Made by a program: the position numbers and the translations under genes. Positions 1-10,349 of a stretch of 64,000 nt of DNA are shown here, piece by piece. Under the pieces are notes generated by a model. That model worked only from the letters and a program-made list of their open reading frames with translations. It did not search any database and was not told the DNA's origin. The stretch lies in NCBI GenBank assembly GCA_964402035.1, contig CAYOAM010000001.1, positions 371,558-435,557 of the forward strand, given 5' to 3'. How positions within the stretch are numbered: position 1 is the stretch's first letter; each line of letters opens with the position of its first letter. Source of the DNA: an uncultured Candidatus Saccharibacteria bacterium. Lineage in GTDB: Bacteria; Patescibacteriota; Minisyncoccia; Phycocordibacterales; UBA918.

Positions 1-1294
1 ATGGGTGCATGTGCGTCGTGACCATGGCAAGCTTATCTTTATCGATATTCGCGATCGCGGAGGTCTCCTACAGGTGGTGTTTATTCCACAGGTCTCGACT
101 GAGGCTCATGCGGTTGCATCGACACTCAAAAATGAAGACGTGGTTGAAATCGTGGGCAAGGTCAATGCGCGACCAGAAAAACTCGTGAATCCTAAGATTG
201 CTTCAGGAACTGTCGAAATTGAGGCACATGAAGTACGCGTTCTTGCACGGGCTGCGACCCTTCCTTTCGACATGAGCAAGGATGTTCTCGATGTTGAACT
301 CCCCACACAGCTCGATCACCGCGCACTTACGCTGCGTCACGCTTCGGTACAAGCAGTGTTTAAAGTGCAGGCGGTTATCATCGACTCTTTCCGTGAATTT
401 TTAAAGTCACAAGAATTTGTCGAATTTCAAGCGCCATGCATCACTCCCGCAACAGCGGAAGGGGGTGCGGAAGTATTTGAAATAAAATACTTTGATCAAA
501 AAGCATATCTGACCCAAAGCCCGCAACTCTATAAGCAGATCGTGATGACCGCATTTGAGCGTGTCTTCTCCGTCAACAAAATCTTCCGCGCAGAACCAAG
601 TGTGACCACGCGACACCTAACCGAAATCGTCTCACTCGACGCGGAGATGGGCTTTATCGACTCATGGACTGACGTGCGTGATATGGCAGAAGCGACCGTG
701 CGCTATATCTTGAAAGCTGTCGGTGAACGCTGCACTGCAGAACTCACACTACTCTCTGCCACACTTCCGACCATGACTGAAAAGACGCCCACACTTTCGC
801 TTAAAGAAGCACAAGAAAAGATTTTTGCAGTGACTGGCAAAGATGTACGTGGTGAAAAGGATTTAAATCCTGAGGATGAACGTGCGATCTGCGAGATAGT
901 GAAAAACGAAACGGGCTCTGACTTTGTCTTTGTGTACGGATACCCTACCCGCAAGAGAGCATTTTATGTGTACCCTAATCCTGCAGATCCTGAGGTGAAC
1001 GAAGGCATAGATCTTCTGTGTCGCGGTATCGAGTGGCTTTCAGGAGGTCGTCGTATCAATGACTACGAGCAACTCAAAAAGCACGTAGAGATTTGGGGTA
1101 TGGATGAGGGCAAGATCAAGATGTTTCTCGATGCATTTAAATATGGTGCGCCACCTGAAGGAGGGTTTGCCTTTGGCGCCGAGCGCATGACCATGCAGAT
1201 TTTAGGTCTCAAAAACGTCCGCGAAGCCTGCATGTTCCCTCGTGACCTCTCTCGCATCGACGAACGCTTTGCCGTTGTAGAGGATGAGATATAA
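1..1294 (+). CDS. aspS: aspartate--tRNA ligase, archaeal/eukaryotic type (AspRS2, no GAD insertion domain); 5' end cut by window edge
   Basis: Frame continues from position 2 (WVHVRRDHGKLIFIDIRDRGG = N-terminal OB-fold). Class II motifs QSPQLYKQ and FRAEPSVTTRHLTEIVSLDAEMGF are present. The ~460 aa total length fits type-2 AspRS rather than the ~590 aa bacterial type. Confidence 0.85.
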   Translation, partial: WVHVRRDHGKLIFIDIRDRGGLLQVVFIPQVSTEAHAVASTLKNEDVVEIVGKVNARPEKLVNPKIASGTVEIEAHEVRVLARAATLPFDMSKDVLDVELPTQLDHRALTLRHASVQAVFKVQAVIIDSFREFLKSQEFVEFQAPCITPATAEGGAEVFEIKYFDQKAYLTQSPQLYKQIVMTAFERVFSVNKIFRAEPSVTTRHLTEIVSLDAEMGFIDSWTDVRDMAEATVRYILKAVGERCTAELTLLSATLPTMTEKTPTLSLKEAQEKIFAVTGKDVRGEKDLNPEDERAICEIVKNETGSDFVFVYGYPTRKRAFYVYPNPADPEVNEGIDLLCRGIEWLSGGRRINDYEQLKKHVEIWGMDEGKIKMFLDAFKYGAPPEGGFAFGAERMTMQILGLKNVREACMFPRDLSRIDERFAVVEDEI

Positions 1295-1324
1295 TAGGTA
1301 TTACTTAAATTTAATATTTTTTAA

Positions 1325-1873
1325 ATGACTAATCTAGAGCGAGTAGATTGGACAAAGTTCAATCCAATACCAATCACTTCATTAGATAAAATTAATTCCT
1401 ATATACTAGCAAGAGGAGGAGTGAAGGCATTTTATATTGGCAAGCCGTCTCTAATGAAGCAGCAGGAATTATGGGTAGATATTTTCCCGCATTTAAAAAA
1501 TGCTATTAGAATGAGGCAATCACATGATTTCTCTTTACAAGAACCGTTTATAGCAAGTCTTGATCCTTACCCGGGAAATACCACAGTCACAAAATTATTC
1601 CCAGAAGGTTTTGTCTTGGGAACACTGTATGGTGATGGCACATATCAATTTGTACAATTAAATGGCACGAGAAATATAAAGAATGCTTTGGAAATAATAA
1701 GTGCACATAAGACAGCCGATACATCAATAACAGGTAATTATGAGCAGTTCAAGAACGGAAACATTGACATAATCATTCTGTATCCATGGATTAAAATTTT
1801 CATTCTTTTAGGAATGAGCATACTTTGTACTGGCATACTAACATACTTCATTGGCACGATAATGTACAAATAA
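1325..1873 (+). CDS. hypothetical protein with a C-terminal transmembrane helix
   Basis: 182-aa ORF. A hydrophobic C-terminal segment (IIILYPWIKIFILLGMSILCTGILTYFIGTIMY). AT-rich composition distinct from neighbours. No recognisable motif. Confidence 0.4.
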   Translation: MTNLERVDWTKFNPIPITSLDKINSYILARGGVKAFYIGKPSLMKQQELWVDIFPHLKNAIRMRQSHDFSLQEPFIASLDPYPGNTTVTKLFPEGFVLGTLYGDGTYQFVQLNGTRNIKNALEIISAHKTADTSITGNYEQFKNGNIDIIILYPWIKIFILLGMSILCTGILTYFIGTIMYK

Positions 1874-2042
1874 TCTTCGCACTTTCTAGCTTCATGACAG
1901 TTGTGAATCTCACATACTCTCGCATTGACGAACGCTTTGCGGTAGTAGACGAAGAGAAAAAGAAGTCCTCTAATTTCCAAGGGTAATCTTCGAAATAGAC
2001 AAAACGCTTGGAGACTTGCCTTCTACGCATTGTTAAACATGT

Positions 2043-2474
2043 ATGTCTTTAATACCAAAAGATAACTGGCTTGATCCTAGAGTAGAAATACGAGTGTCTG
2101 GAGTGAGTGGCAAAGGATCATTTGCAAAAGCACCCATTCAAAAAGGTGAGACTGTCGTTATGTGGGGCGGTGGCGTTATTGTCCCAAATGCTGAATTTGA
2201 AAAAGGTTTTGCAGAAGGACTGTATGAACCAGAGACAGCAATCCATTTCGATAAAGATCACAAGTGGGTACAACTCGCATCCGACGATGATAAAGAGGAT
2301 GCATTTCTCAATCACTCATGTGACCCAAACCTGTGGTTTACCAATGGCTGGCCCCTTACGGCACGCCGTGACATCTTGGCGGGTGAAGAACTAACCTTCG
2401 ACTACGCGACGGTGAGACCTATCCACTCAAATCGGAGTGTCAGTGTGGTGCGCCTCAATGTCGAAAACATATAA
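2043..2474 (+). CDS. SET domain protein (putative protein lysine methyltransferase)
   Basis: SET hallmark NHSCDPN followed by ELTFDY near the C-terminus. 143 aa fits the minimal SET fold. Confidence 0.65.
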   Translation: MSLIPKDNWLDPRVEIRVSGVSGKGSFAKAPIQKGETVVMWGGGVIVPNAEFEKGFAEGLYEPETAIHFDKDHKWVQLASDDDKEDAFLNHSCDPNLWFTNGWPLTARRDILAGEELTFDYATVRPIHSNRSVSVVRLNVENI

Positions 2475-2755
2475 CCAGTGAAGAATGGTTAGACAAGCAT
2501 TTTCAAGAAAAGTATAAGGGGCATTTTAATCCCTACATTCAATCACTGATTGATACTGACAGTGCCGTGTAGATCTATGTAAATTCCGTTACATTTGAAT
2601 CCGTGATTTCTATCGAGCGATCCGTTCTATTGAAATGCACAAACTTTGAGTGTTCATTATAGTAATTTCCAAGGTCCGGCCTTGGAAACATAAAAACAAC
2701 TTGGAGGTCCGGTCTCCAAGTGGTTTTTAGTACGTACAGTACGTACTAAGTGCAT

Positions 2756-2785
2756 AAAACCCCAAGCCAGATTGCTTGGGGTTCC
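2756..2785 (-). terminator. rho-independent terminator for the minus-strand gene 2820..3359
   Basis: The hairpin ccccaagc-cagatt-gcttgggg reads on the minus strand as a stem followed by TTTT. Confidence 0.5.
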
Positions 2786-2819
2786 CGTTTAATTGGCATA
2801 TCGGGTGAGCCAAAATTCG

Positions 2820-3359
2820 CTAGTCAACCATCGTTGCCCCCAACCGGAACGCATCGATAAGTGAGCAGTCGCCACACCGAGCAAGCTCATGTGCAGCAAC
2901 GACATCATCGATGCCGAGCCCTTCCGCCATTTTTAAAGCAGCATGGAAGGAATCCTGGCATTCCTTGTAGTGCTCAAGGAGCACTACAAGCACCATTGCC
3001 CTCCGGCTCTGCTCTTTGTACAGAGAAGGAGGTCCAAAGCTCTGCTTGAACACCTTCGGCCAGTAGAACCTCGGTTCTTGCAGAGTGTTGAGGAGCTCAG
3101 CGAACCTTACCAGAACTCGCATCTCCTCGACGTCGCCGGTATAGCTTACAACGTCGACTGCATTCCATCCTGGGGTCCGAGTAGTGATGGTAATCATCCC
3201 ATCACTCTCGATAACGCCGGACAGTCGACCTCCCCACTGGTCTTGTTCGATCAACATCTTGACGGCGGTCGGTAGCGTCATGGACTGCGGAGTGGTGGGA
3301 AAAGCTTTCCCGCCCACCCAGCAAACCTTATTGTAAATAAGCGAGACCGGAATGGTCAT
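2820..3359 (-). CDS. hypothetical protein
   Basis: 179-aa ORF with coding-like composition. No recognisable motif. Confidence 0.45.
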   Translation of the reverse strand: MTIPVSLIYNKVCWVGGKAFPTTPQSMTLPTAVKMLIEQDQWGGRLSGVIESDGMITITTRTPGWNAVDVVSYTGDVEEMRVLVRFAELLNTLQEPRFYWPKVFKQSFGPPSLYKEQSRRAMVLVVLLEHYKECQDSFHAALKMAEGLGIDDVVAAHELARCGDCSLIDAFRLGATMVD

Positions 3360-3570
3360 TGATGAACTCCTTGGATCTAAAATGGTTAAAAGTTAAACTA
3401 CCTGCGATATATTATACCATAACAGACAATATATTGTCAATATCAAAAGCGGTAGATTCCAACCTGAAGTGCAACACCTGTTAACTCATAGAATACTTCA
3501 TACGGTGCCTTTCCACCAAGTCGCCCTGCGGGGTCGCGAGTTTTTTTACCAAGGGCAGCCCTTGGTAAAG

Positions 3571-4194
3571 CTATGGGCGGTTTGGATTGCCCTCATCTGC
3601 AAGGCGCCAGAGGTACCATGACGCGACCGAGCAGTATGGGTGCCAGTCTTTCGCAAGCTTTTGCATCTTTTTATCATCCGGCAATGCGCGAAGTTTAAAA
3701 AGTTTCTGAAAGCCTTTTTTAATTCCTAAATCAAGTGTCGGCAGCACATTGGTGCGTCCCAGGGTAAACATCAAAAACATATCGGCAGTCCATACACCGA
3801 TCCCCTTCACCGCTATCAAGTGCTCTCGTATCTCTTCATCCGTCATCTCGGTGAATTTGTCGGGAGTGATAAACCCTTCATTAAACTTGCGAGCGAGATC
3901 GTAGAGATAGTCTGTCTTTTGATTTGAAAGTCCACATTTTCGCAAGGTCTCACGACGCTTTTTCAAAAGTGCTTGCGGCACAGGTTTTTGATCCGGAAAG
4001 AGTGCGACAAAGCGTCCGTGGATCGTACCCGCTGCTTTCCCTGAAAGCTGCTGGTAGATAATGGACCGGCAGAGCGCCTCATACGGATCACCATTTTTTC
4101 CAATATCTGGTTTTGGATGACGAGCAGTAACTGCCGCAAGCGCAGTATCTTTTCGCAAGTGTCGTAGTCCACGGGCAAACTCTTTTGTGCTCAT
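3571..4194 (-). CDS. alkA: DNA-3-methyladenine glycosylase II / HhH-GPD family base-excision glycosylase (AlkA-like)
   Basis: Helix-hairpin-helix Gly/Pro-rich loop region (VKGIGVWTADMFLMFTLGRTNVLPTLDLGIKKG). Size matches the AlkA core. Confidence 0.75.
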   Translation of the reverse strand: MSTKEFARGLRHLRKDTALAAVTARHPKPDIGKNGDPYEALCRSIIYQQLSGKAAGTIHGRFVALFPDQKPVPQALLKKRRETLRKCGLSNQKTDYLYDLARKFNEGFITPDKFTEMTDEEIREHLIAVKGIGVWTADMFLMFTLGRTNVLPTLDLGIKKGFQKLFKLRALPDDKKMQKLAKDWHPYCSVASWYLWRLADEGNPNRP

Positions 4195-4805
4195 ACGTCA
4201 GAAAGATTCTGGATGAGTTCAACTATTTCAGGAAACTGTTCTTGATTGAAATGACCGCGATCATCAAATACTATTGGGGTCGCAAACGGAAGCGCTTGTG
4301 TGTATTTTCCAAGATCAGCGTACGGTACGACAGGATCGTCACTACTATGTATGAGATACAGCTCTCCCCCTTGCGCAGTACATTTTTCCATGGTGGGCGG
4401 CACTGCAAAATCTGCCAATGAGTAGCCGTATGATCGATCACTGTCATCATAAGGAGCCGCAACCAGTATCGTTGCCCGTATATCCCGTGGCAAATGGTGT
4501 TCAGAGAGATACTTTGCCAGAAAAATACCACCCAATGAATGCCCTACAAAAATCACGCCGTCACGAAGATGTGGAATATATTTTTCAAACCACATTTTCC
4601 ACTCGAAGTACTTAGCATTTTTTGGAGACGGCATGCTTGGTCGTATGACCTCGTAGTCCTCACCCAGATCTTCCGCCAAGTTGTCTTTCCAACCCATCGT
4701 CTTAGGCACGTCAAAATCTATTTCATAACTCTCAAGATAGGTGAGATATTTTTCATACGTATCAAAAGCTTCCCCTCCATGCACCACAAACACCTGCTGT
4801 TTCAT
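4191..4805 (-). CDS. alpha/beta-fold serine hydrolase (YdeN/RBBP9-like)
   Basis: Nucleophile elbow VGHSLGG. ~200 aa. The 4-nt ATGA start/stop overlap with alkA suggests an operon. Confidence 0.55.
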   Translation of the reverse strand: MKQQVFVVHGGEAFDTYEKYLTYLESYEIDFDVPKTMGWKDNLAEDLGEDYEVIRPSMPSPKNAKYFEWKMWFEKYIPHLRDGVIFVGHSLGGIFLAKYLSEHHLPRDIRATILVAAPYDDSDRSYGYSLADFAVPPTMEKCTAQGGELYLIHSSDDPVVPYADLGKYTQALPFATPIVFDDRGHFNQEQFPEIVELIQNLSDV

Positions 4806-4856
4806 ATGAAGAGTATAACAAAAAAAGCCCCCGTCCAGTATGGCGGGGGCCGCATC

Positions 4857-5501
4857 TCAAGAGCAGGCTTGGATAATGTACTGAGCTCGACTGAGCTCGG
4901 CCTTGTACAAAGCAGCTCTGGAGCGTCTATTCGGCAAATTGAGTAACACAAGGCCGACAACCGACAGGCCGACCACACTCCACCATGGTGGAGTACCGTT
5001 CAGGAAGTAAAATACTCCGGCGTTTACCAAAATCCCAAGACAGCACAACGAAAGCAGTTGTGGAGTCCGTAGCAATACCCTATTCCATGCACGCTCCTTA
5101 AGTGCACTAGCACGCAGTATTGCGGTTAACACCTCAAAATAGCGAATCCCGCGAATGCCAGTCAATGTATAGACATCTTGCGCACCGCAGACTCGTACAT
5201 GAAAGACATGCCCGTTCAGTTCTTTCTGCAACAAGTGGTAACCATCATCGACATCCATGTAGCATAATTTCCACTCGCCATGTAGGAATGCTTGCATGAC
5301 CGCACCAAAATCCACTTGGCTCGGTCGAGTGGCTTCGTGCCGAAATAACACTTCAAAATCAGCCGAGATTATGATTTGTTTAGAAGCAGAAAGCTCTTCG
5401 GTGACGTTTTTAATTGATGCAGAAACGCGCACTGGTGCAAGCGTCATAACTTCCTCCACTGAGCGACGTAACCCAAACGGGATGCCTGGGGTGTCGCTCA
5501 A
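4857..5501 (-). CDS. hypothetical membrane protein (two C-terminal TM helices)
   Basis: 214-aa ORF. Hydrophobic segments LLSLCCLGILVNAGVFYFL and WWSVVGLSVVGLVLL. Confidence 0.4.
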   Translation of the reverse strand: MSDTPGIPFGLRRSVEEVMTLAPVRVSASIKNVTEELSASKQIIISADFEVLFRHEATRPSQVDFGAVMQAFLHGEWKLCYMDVDDGYHLLQKELNGHVFHVRVCGAQDVYTLTGIRGIRYFEVLTAILRASALKERAWNRVLLRTPQLLSLCCLGILVNAGVFYFLNGTPPWWSVVGLSVVGLVLLNLPNRRSRAALYKAELSRAQYIIQACS

Positions 5502-5619
5502 AAATTGATCCGACTACATTAAGCGCCGAATATAGTATTTTGTCAATCAATATAACTCCACAGTCTACTCAGACAGAGATGCATCCCTATGCTACTGTCA
5601 TAGGGTACGACAGACTGTC

Positions 5620-6807
5620 ATGGAACATATCCTCACCATAAACGCAGGTTCTTCGAGTATAAAATTTGGCCTATTTGAGGCAGGCACTGAACCCAAGAAA
5701 ATTTTGTGGGGTTGCATGGAAAATATCGGCCTTGAACACACCACATTTTCTATACAAAGTGCCGAAACTGAGTCACCGCAACCGCAACCGGTGGATGCCG
5801 CAAATCTTTCGATCGCTCTCCCGATCTTTATCTCGCTACTCAAAGAGCATCTTGCACCGTACACGATTGTTGCTATTGGTCACCGCATCGTACATGGCGG
5901 TGCAACACACGCCGCATCGATAGTGATTACACCTACCGTCATAGAGGATATACGGCAGCTCACCCATTTCGCACCGAACCACCTCCCTGCTGAAATCGCG
6001 CTTATTGAAGCACTGCAACAGACATTTCCACACGTACCACAAGTGGCGTGTTTTGATACTGCATTTCATCATGACCTACCACGCAAAGCGCAGATCATCC
6101 CTATTCCCCGCTCACATGAATCAAAAGGTCTTCGTGCGTATGGTTTCCATGGAATTTCCTATCAGTTTTTGATGCAGCGCCTCCATGAAATAGGAGGCGC
6201 TGCAGTAGCAGAGAGTCGCGTAGTCCTCGCACACCTGGGAAATGGTGCCAGTCTCGCGGCTGTGAGCAAGGGAGCTGTGGTCGACACTACTATGGGTTTT
6301 TCGCCCGCCTCAGGCATACCCATGAGCACCCGCTCCGGTAGCATCGACCCCGGTATCGTCAACTACTTTCTCGAAACAGAAAAAATGTCAGCGCAAGACT
6401 TGAGCACGCTCCTCACCGAACGTTCTGGGCTCCTTGGTATGTCGGAGACGAGCGCGGATATGCGCCAGCTGTTAGACCAAGAAGCAACGGACATACGCTC
6501 AAGAGAAGCGATAGATGTATTTTGCTACCACATACAAAAAACCATCGGCGCATATGCCGCAGCCATGGGAGGCATCGACACCTTAGTATTTAGTGGCGGT
6601 ATCGGTATGCGAGCGCCAAAAGTGCGAAGTCGCATCTGTGAAAACCTTGTCTTTCTTGGTATCGCTATTGATGCAGAAAAAAATAATGCGGGGGCATTGG
6701 TTATTTCTGTAGCTGATAAACCCGTAACGATATACGTCATCGCAACCGATGAGGAACACATGATTGCAAGCGACACAGCACGTATTTATGCCGCATCAAG
6801 CCAGTAA
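5620..6807 (+). CDS. ackA: acetate kinase
   Basis: N-terminal ILTINAGSSSIKF(G) signature. ~395 aa. Immediately upstream of the phosphoketolase gene. Confidence 0.9.
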   Translation: MEHILTINAGSSSIKFGLFEAGTEPKKILWGCMENIGLEHTTFSIQSAETESPQPQPVDAANLSIALPIFISLLKEHLAPYTIVAIGHRIVHGGATHAASIVITPTVIEDIRQLTHFAPNHLPAEIALIEALQQTFPHVPQVACFDTAFHHDLPRKAQIIPIPRSHESKGLRAYGFHGISYQFLMQRLHEIGGAAVAESRVVLAHLGNGASLAAVSKGAVVDTTMGFSPASGIPMSTRSGSIDPGIVNYFLETEKMSAQDLSTLLTERSGLLGMSETSADMRQLLDQEATDIRSREAIDVFCYHIQKTIGAYAAAMGGIDTLVFSGGIGMRAPKVRSRICENLVFLGIAIDAEKNNAGALVISVADKPVTIYVIATDEEHMIASDTARIYAASSQ

Positions 6808-6825
6808 TATATTAAAAACCAATTT

Positions 6826-9210
6826 ATGCAAACCACACACAACACACTGTCAGACGAAATGCTCGCACGCATCGACGCATATTGGCGCGCCGCAAACTTT
6901 CTCTCCGTTGGACAAATTTACCTGAAAGAAAACCCTCTACTCAAGGAGCCTCTCAAACTAGAGCACATAAAACCAATCCTACTCGGGCATTGGGGAACAA
7001 CACCTGGTCAAAACTTTATCTATGCGCACCTCAATCGCATCATAAAAAAGTATCACCTCAACACGATTTACATATCGGGACCCGGACATGGTGGCCCCGC
7101 ACTTGTTGCGAACACCTACCTTGAAGGCACCTATAGCGAAATCTATCCAAACATTAGCCAAAATGAGGCCGGCATGAAACGGCTCTTTCAGCGTTTTTCA
7201 TTTCCCGGTGGTATTGCAAGTCACGTGTCGCCTGAGTGTCCTGGCTCCATACATGAGGGCGGAGAGCTCGGATACTCCTTGAGCCATGCCTTTGGTGCAG
7301 CATTTGATAACCCCGATCTCGTCGTTGCGTGTGTCGTGGGTGACGGCGAAGCAGAGACCGGGCCGCTGGCAACCGCATGGCACTCAAACAAATTTCTAAA
7401 TCCTGCAACAGACGGCGTCGTGCTCCCCATTTTGCATCTCAATGGTTACAAGATTGCGAACCCAACAATCCTCGCTCGTATTTCACACGATGAACTCGAG
7501 CAACTATTCCGCGGCTATGGATGGACCCCGTATTTTGTTGAAGGAGATGACCCACAGTACATGCACCAGCAAATGGCAGCAACACTGGATACTATTACGG
7601 AGGAAATCCAAGAGATCCATCGAAAGGCACGCGAAGAAGGAAGTACCGAACGACCACGCTGGCCCATGATCGTACTACGATCACCTAAAGGGTGGACAGG
7701 GCCAAAAGTGGTCGGTGGAAAACTAAACGAGAATACGTTCCGTGCGCACCAAGTGCCACTCTCCGATCTTCCCAACAAACCTGAAAATTTGATCCAACTT
7801 GAGGAGTGGCTCAAAAGCTACCGTCCAGAAGAGCTGTTTGATGTTGACGGTCGACTGATACCTGAACTCGCTGAACTAGCCCCAACAGGCGATCGTCGCA
7901 TGGGAGCGAACCCTCACGCCAATGGTGGCGGGCTTCTTCGCGACCTCCAAATGCCTGACTTCCGTGACTATGCAGTCGATGTACCCGCGCCGGGTGTTGT
8001 AAAAAAGGGAGACACTCACGTGATGGGCGTATTCCTCCGCGATGTGACGAAACTCAATGAGTCACAAAAAAACTTTCGTATTTTTGGACCCGATGAAACA
8101 CTTTCAAATGGTCTCGAGTCAGTATTTGAAGTCACGAACAGACAATGGATGGGCAACCGTATGGACGCAGATGAATTTCTATCGCCCAATGGTCGCGTCA
8201 TGGAAATGCTATCAGAGCATCAGTGTCAGGGCTGGCTTGAAGGATATCTCTTGACCGGTAGACACGGTCTCTACAACTGTTATGAAGCGTTCATTCACAT
8301 AGTGGACTCGATGTTCAATCAGCACGCCAAGTGGCTCAAGATTACGTCAGAGCTTCCATGGCGCCACAAAATTGCTTCACTCAACTACCTGCTAGCGTCA
8401 CATGTGTGGCGCCAGGACCACAATGGTTTTACGCACCAAGACCCCGGCTTTATTGACCATGTGGTCAATAAGAAATCAGAAATTATTCGTGTGTACCTAC
8501 CACCGGATGCAAACTGTCTCCTCTCGGTCACTGATCACTGTTTGCGTAGCCGTCACTACGTCAACGTGGTCGTTGCAGGCAAGCACCCTGCCCCACAATG
8601 GCTCAATATTGATGCAGCCATAAAGCACTGCACCGAGGGCATCAGTATCTGGCAATGGGCAAGCAATGATCAAGAGAGCGAGCCGGACATAGTCATGGCC
8701 TGCGCAGGTGATGTACCGACACTTGAAACATTGGCCGCAGTGACGATTCTCCGAGAACACGTACCGAATCTAAAAGTTCGTGTTGTAAACGTGGTTGACC
8801 TTATGAAACTCCAACCACAAGAAGAGCATCCACACGGGCTCAATGAAAAAGATTTTGAATCTATTTTTACCAAAGACAAACCAGTGATTTTTGCTTTCCA
8901 TGGATATCCTATGTTGATACATCGACTCACGTATCGACGTGCAAATCACCGAAACATCCATGCACGCGGGTACAAAGAAGAAGGTACCATCACAACCGCA
9001 TTTGACATGACAGTACTCAATGATCTCGACCGTTTTCATTTGGTCCAAGATGCGATCGAGCGACTACCGCAGCTTGGCACTAAAGGGGACTACCTAAAAC
9101 AAATGATGCAGGATAAACTTGTCGAGCATAAACAGTACATCAAAGAGCATGGCGAAGATATGCCCGAGATACGCGACTGGAAATGGTATGTTGCGGATGC
9201 ACAGCAATAG
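6826..9210 (+). CDS. xfp: xylulose-5-phosphate/fructose-6-phosphate phosphoketolase
   Basis: 794 aa. [18 protein letters not shown] signature and the TPP-binding region GDGEAETG. Canonical ack-xfp pairing. Confidence 0.9.
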   Translation: MQTTHNTLSDEMLARIDAYWRAANFLSVGQIYLKENPLLKEPLKLEHIKPILLGHWGTTPGQNFIYAHLNRIIKKYHLNTIYISGPGHGGPALVANTYLEGTYSEIYPNISQNEAGMKRLFQRFSFPGGIASHVSPECPGSIHEGGELGYSLSHAFGAAFDNPDLVVACVVGDGEAETGPLATAWHSNKFLNPATDGVVLPILHLNGYKIANPTILARISHDELEQLFRGYGWTPYFVEGDDPQYMHQQMAATLDTITEEIQEIHRKAREEGSTERPRWPMIVLRSPKGWTGPKVVGGKLNENTFRAHQVPLSDLPNKPENLIQLEEWLKSYRPEELFDVDGRLIPELAELAPTGDRRMGANPHANGGGLLRDLQMPDFRDYAVDVPAPGVVKKGDTHVMGVFLRDVTKLNESQKNFRIFGPDETLSNGLESVFEVTNRQWMGNRMDADEFLSPNGRVMEMLSEHQCQGWLEGYLLTGRHGLYNCYEAFIHIVDSMFNQHAKWLKITSELPWRHKIASLNYLLASHVWRQDHNGFTHQDPGFIDHVVNKKSEIIRVYLPPDANCLLSVTDHCLRSRHYVNVVVAGKHPAPQWLNIDAAIKHCTEGISIWQWASNDQESEPDIVMACAGDVPTLETLAAVTILREHVPNLKVRVVNVVDLMKLQPQEEHPHGLNEKDFESIFTKDKPVIFAFHGYPMLIHRLTYRRANHRNIHARGYKEEGTITTAFDMTVLNDLDRFHLVQDAIERLPQLGTKGDYLKQMMQDKLVEHKQYIKEHGEDMPEIRDWKWYVADAQQ

Positions 9211-9215
9211 CTTCT

Positions 9216-9785
9216 ATGGCTCTCAAAAGTTTTTTGATTTCCTGTGCTATTGAATTTGGCCCTATCACACTCTTTTTTTTTGGAACGGAATTTGTAGGGT
9301 TCTTTGTCGGTACGATCCTGCTTGTAGTTGGAACCGCGGCAGCACTCGCTACATCGCTCGTACGTGACAAACGGATACCACTTTTTTCCCTCATTTCAGG
9401 AGGATCCGTGCTGGTATTTGGTATCTCAACACTGAGTCTTCGAGATCCCGTATGGCTCATGATCGAATACGCGCTCTACAATGGCGCATTTGCACTGGTG
9501 CTCCTCGTCGGTAGTGCACTCAATAAACCACTGCTCAAACCACTCTTCATCAACATGTTCCAGATCACTGACCGTGGTTGGTATATCCTCTCATTGCGCT
9601 GGGGTCTGTTTTTTCTCCTTGTTGCGCTTACCAATTGGTACGTGTGGTATACGTATACTGATGATCAATGGGTATTCTATCGACTACTCGCAACTGTACT
9701 GCTATCTCTCTTTGGATTTACACAATTTTTTCTCACACGCAAAGAGCGACTGCCCCACGCAAGCCCTTGGGGTTTACGACTGTAG
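9216..9785 (+). CDS. yciB: inner membrane protein YciB/IspZ family (intracellular septation protein A-like)
   Basis: ~190 aa, 5 TM. Its architecture and the segment KPLLKPLFINMFQITDRGWYILSLRWGLFFLLVALTNWYVW parallel E. coli YciB ([43 protein letters not shown]). The start was moved to the ATG at 9216, after the xfp stop. Confidence 0.7.
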   Translation: MALKSFLISCAIEFGPITLFFFGTEFVGFFVGTILLVVGTAAALATSLVRDKRIPLFSLISGGSVLVFGISTLSLRDPVWLMIEYALYNGAFALVLLVGSALNKPLLKPLFINMFQITDRGWYILSLRWGLFFLLVALTNWYVWYTYTDDQWVFYRLLATVLLSLFGFTQFFLTRKERLPHASPWGLRL

Positions 9786-9801
9786 AAAAGCTACATACCG
9801 A

Positions 9802-10200
9802 CTATGACTCCTTGATACACCGTGTACGCTTTCCGTACGATTCAATATCGTGTGGCGCAAACAGTTTGTGCATGTGTGCGAGCAATGCGTCTGCTAGCGC
9901 GTCGTTGTTCTTGGTGAAATTGCAATAGTGAATCGTGAGCTCGAGCGCCTTCCGTTCTGGCCATGTGTGTATCGCTACATGTGACTCGCCAATAATTGAG
10001 ACGAAGCTGTATCCATGCCCTTCTCCAAATGAATAAAAACATGAATCAATGTAGGTAAAACCAGAATTTTTGATAGCATTCACCAACTCATCATGCGCTC
10101 GCGGCTCATGCAGCATGTCGACATGTTCACACTGATAAAAATCCCACGCGAGATCAATACTTCCCCCAAACTGAGGTACCATTTCTTTTTCCATATACAC
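9802..10200 (-). CDS. speH: S-adenosylmethionine decarboxylase proenzyme, archaeal/Bacillus SpeH type
   Basis: Diagnostic ESHVAIHTWPE motif (self-processing serine). ~130 aa. Confidence 0.8.
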   Translation of the reverse strand: MYMEKEMVPQFGGSIDLAWDFYQCEHVDMLHEPRAHDELVNAIKNSGFTYIDSCFYSFGEGHGYSFVSIIGESHVAIHTWPERKALELTIHYCNFTKNNDALADALLAHMHKLFAPHDIESYGKRTRCIKES

Positions 10201-10349
10201 ATCAACCTATGAGTCGGAGCAAGCTTCGAACTCTTCGAATAATAGATACTATTGTGGTCCCATTGCCCCAAAAATCAAATGGTACTTGTCCCCTGTTTTA
10301 TGATACGATGCGTGCAGATAAGTATAGTGATTTGCAACAGAACCCATGA

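Noticed and set aside
106-1257. Several 60-83-aa minus-strand ORFs (106..306, 407..616, 703..954, 1063..1257) inside the AspRS gene
   Set aside because: They are antisense shadows of a strongly supported 429-aa aminoacyl-tRNA synthetase ORF. They have no motifs and no independent start context. The same reasoning was applied to the many short antisense ORFs inside xfp, the HerA-like ATPase, murA and other long genes.
3497-3570. T-run plus palindrome at 3540-3566 as the alkA terminator
   Set aside because: On the minus strand, which is the alkA direction, the hairpin is followed by an A-run rather than a U-tract. The palindrome belongs to the CCAAGGG-N3-CCCTTGG family found at three other sites. 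It is interpreted as a protein-binding or repeat element instead.
6826-9210. Alternative call of the 794-aa protein as transketolase
   Set aside because: The length (~790 aa) and the [11 protein letters not shown] signature are specific to XFP phosphoketolases. Transketolases are ~660 aa and lack this motif. The adjacent acetate kinase supports the phosphoketolase pathway.
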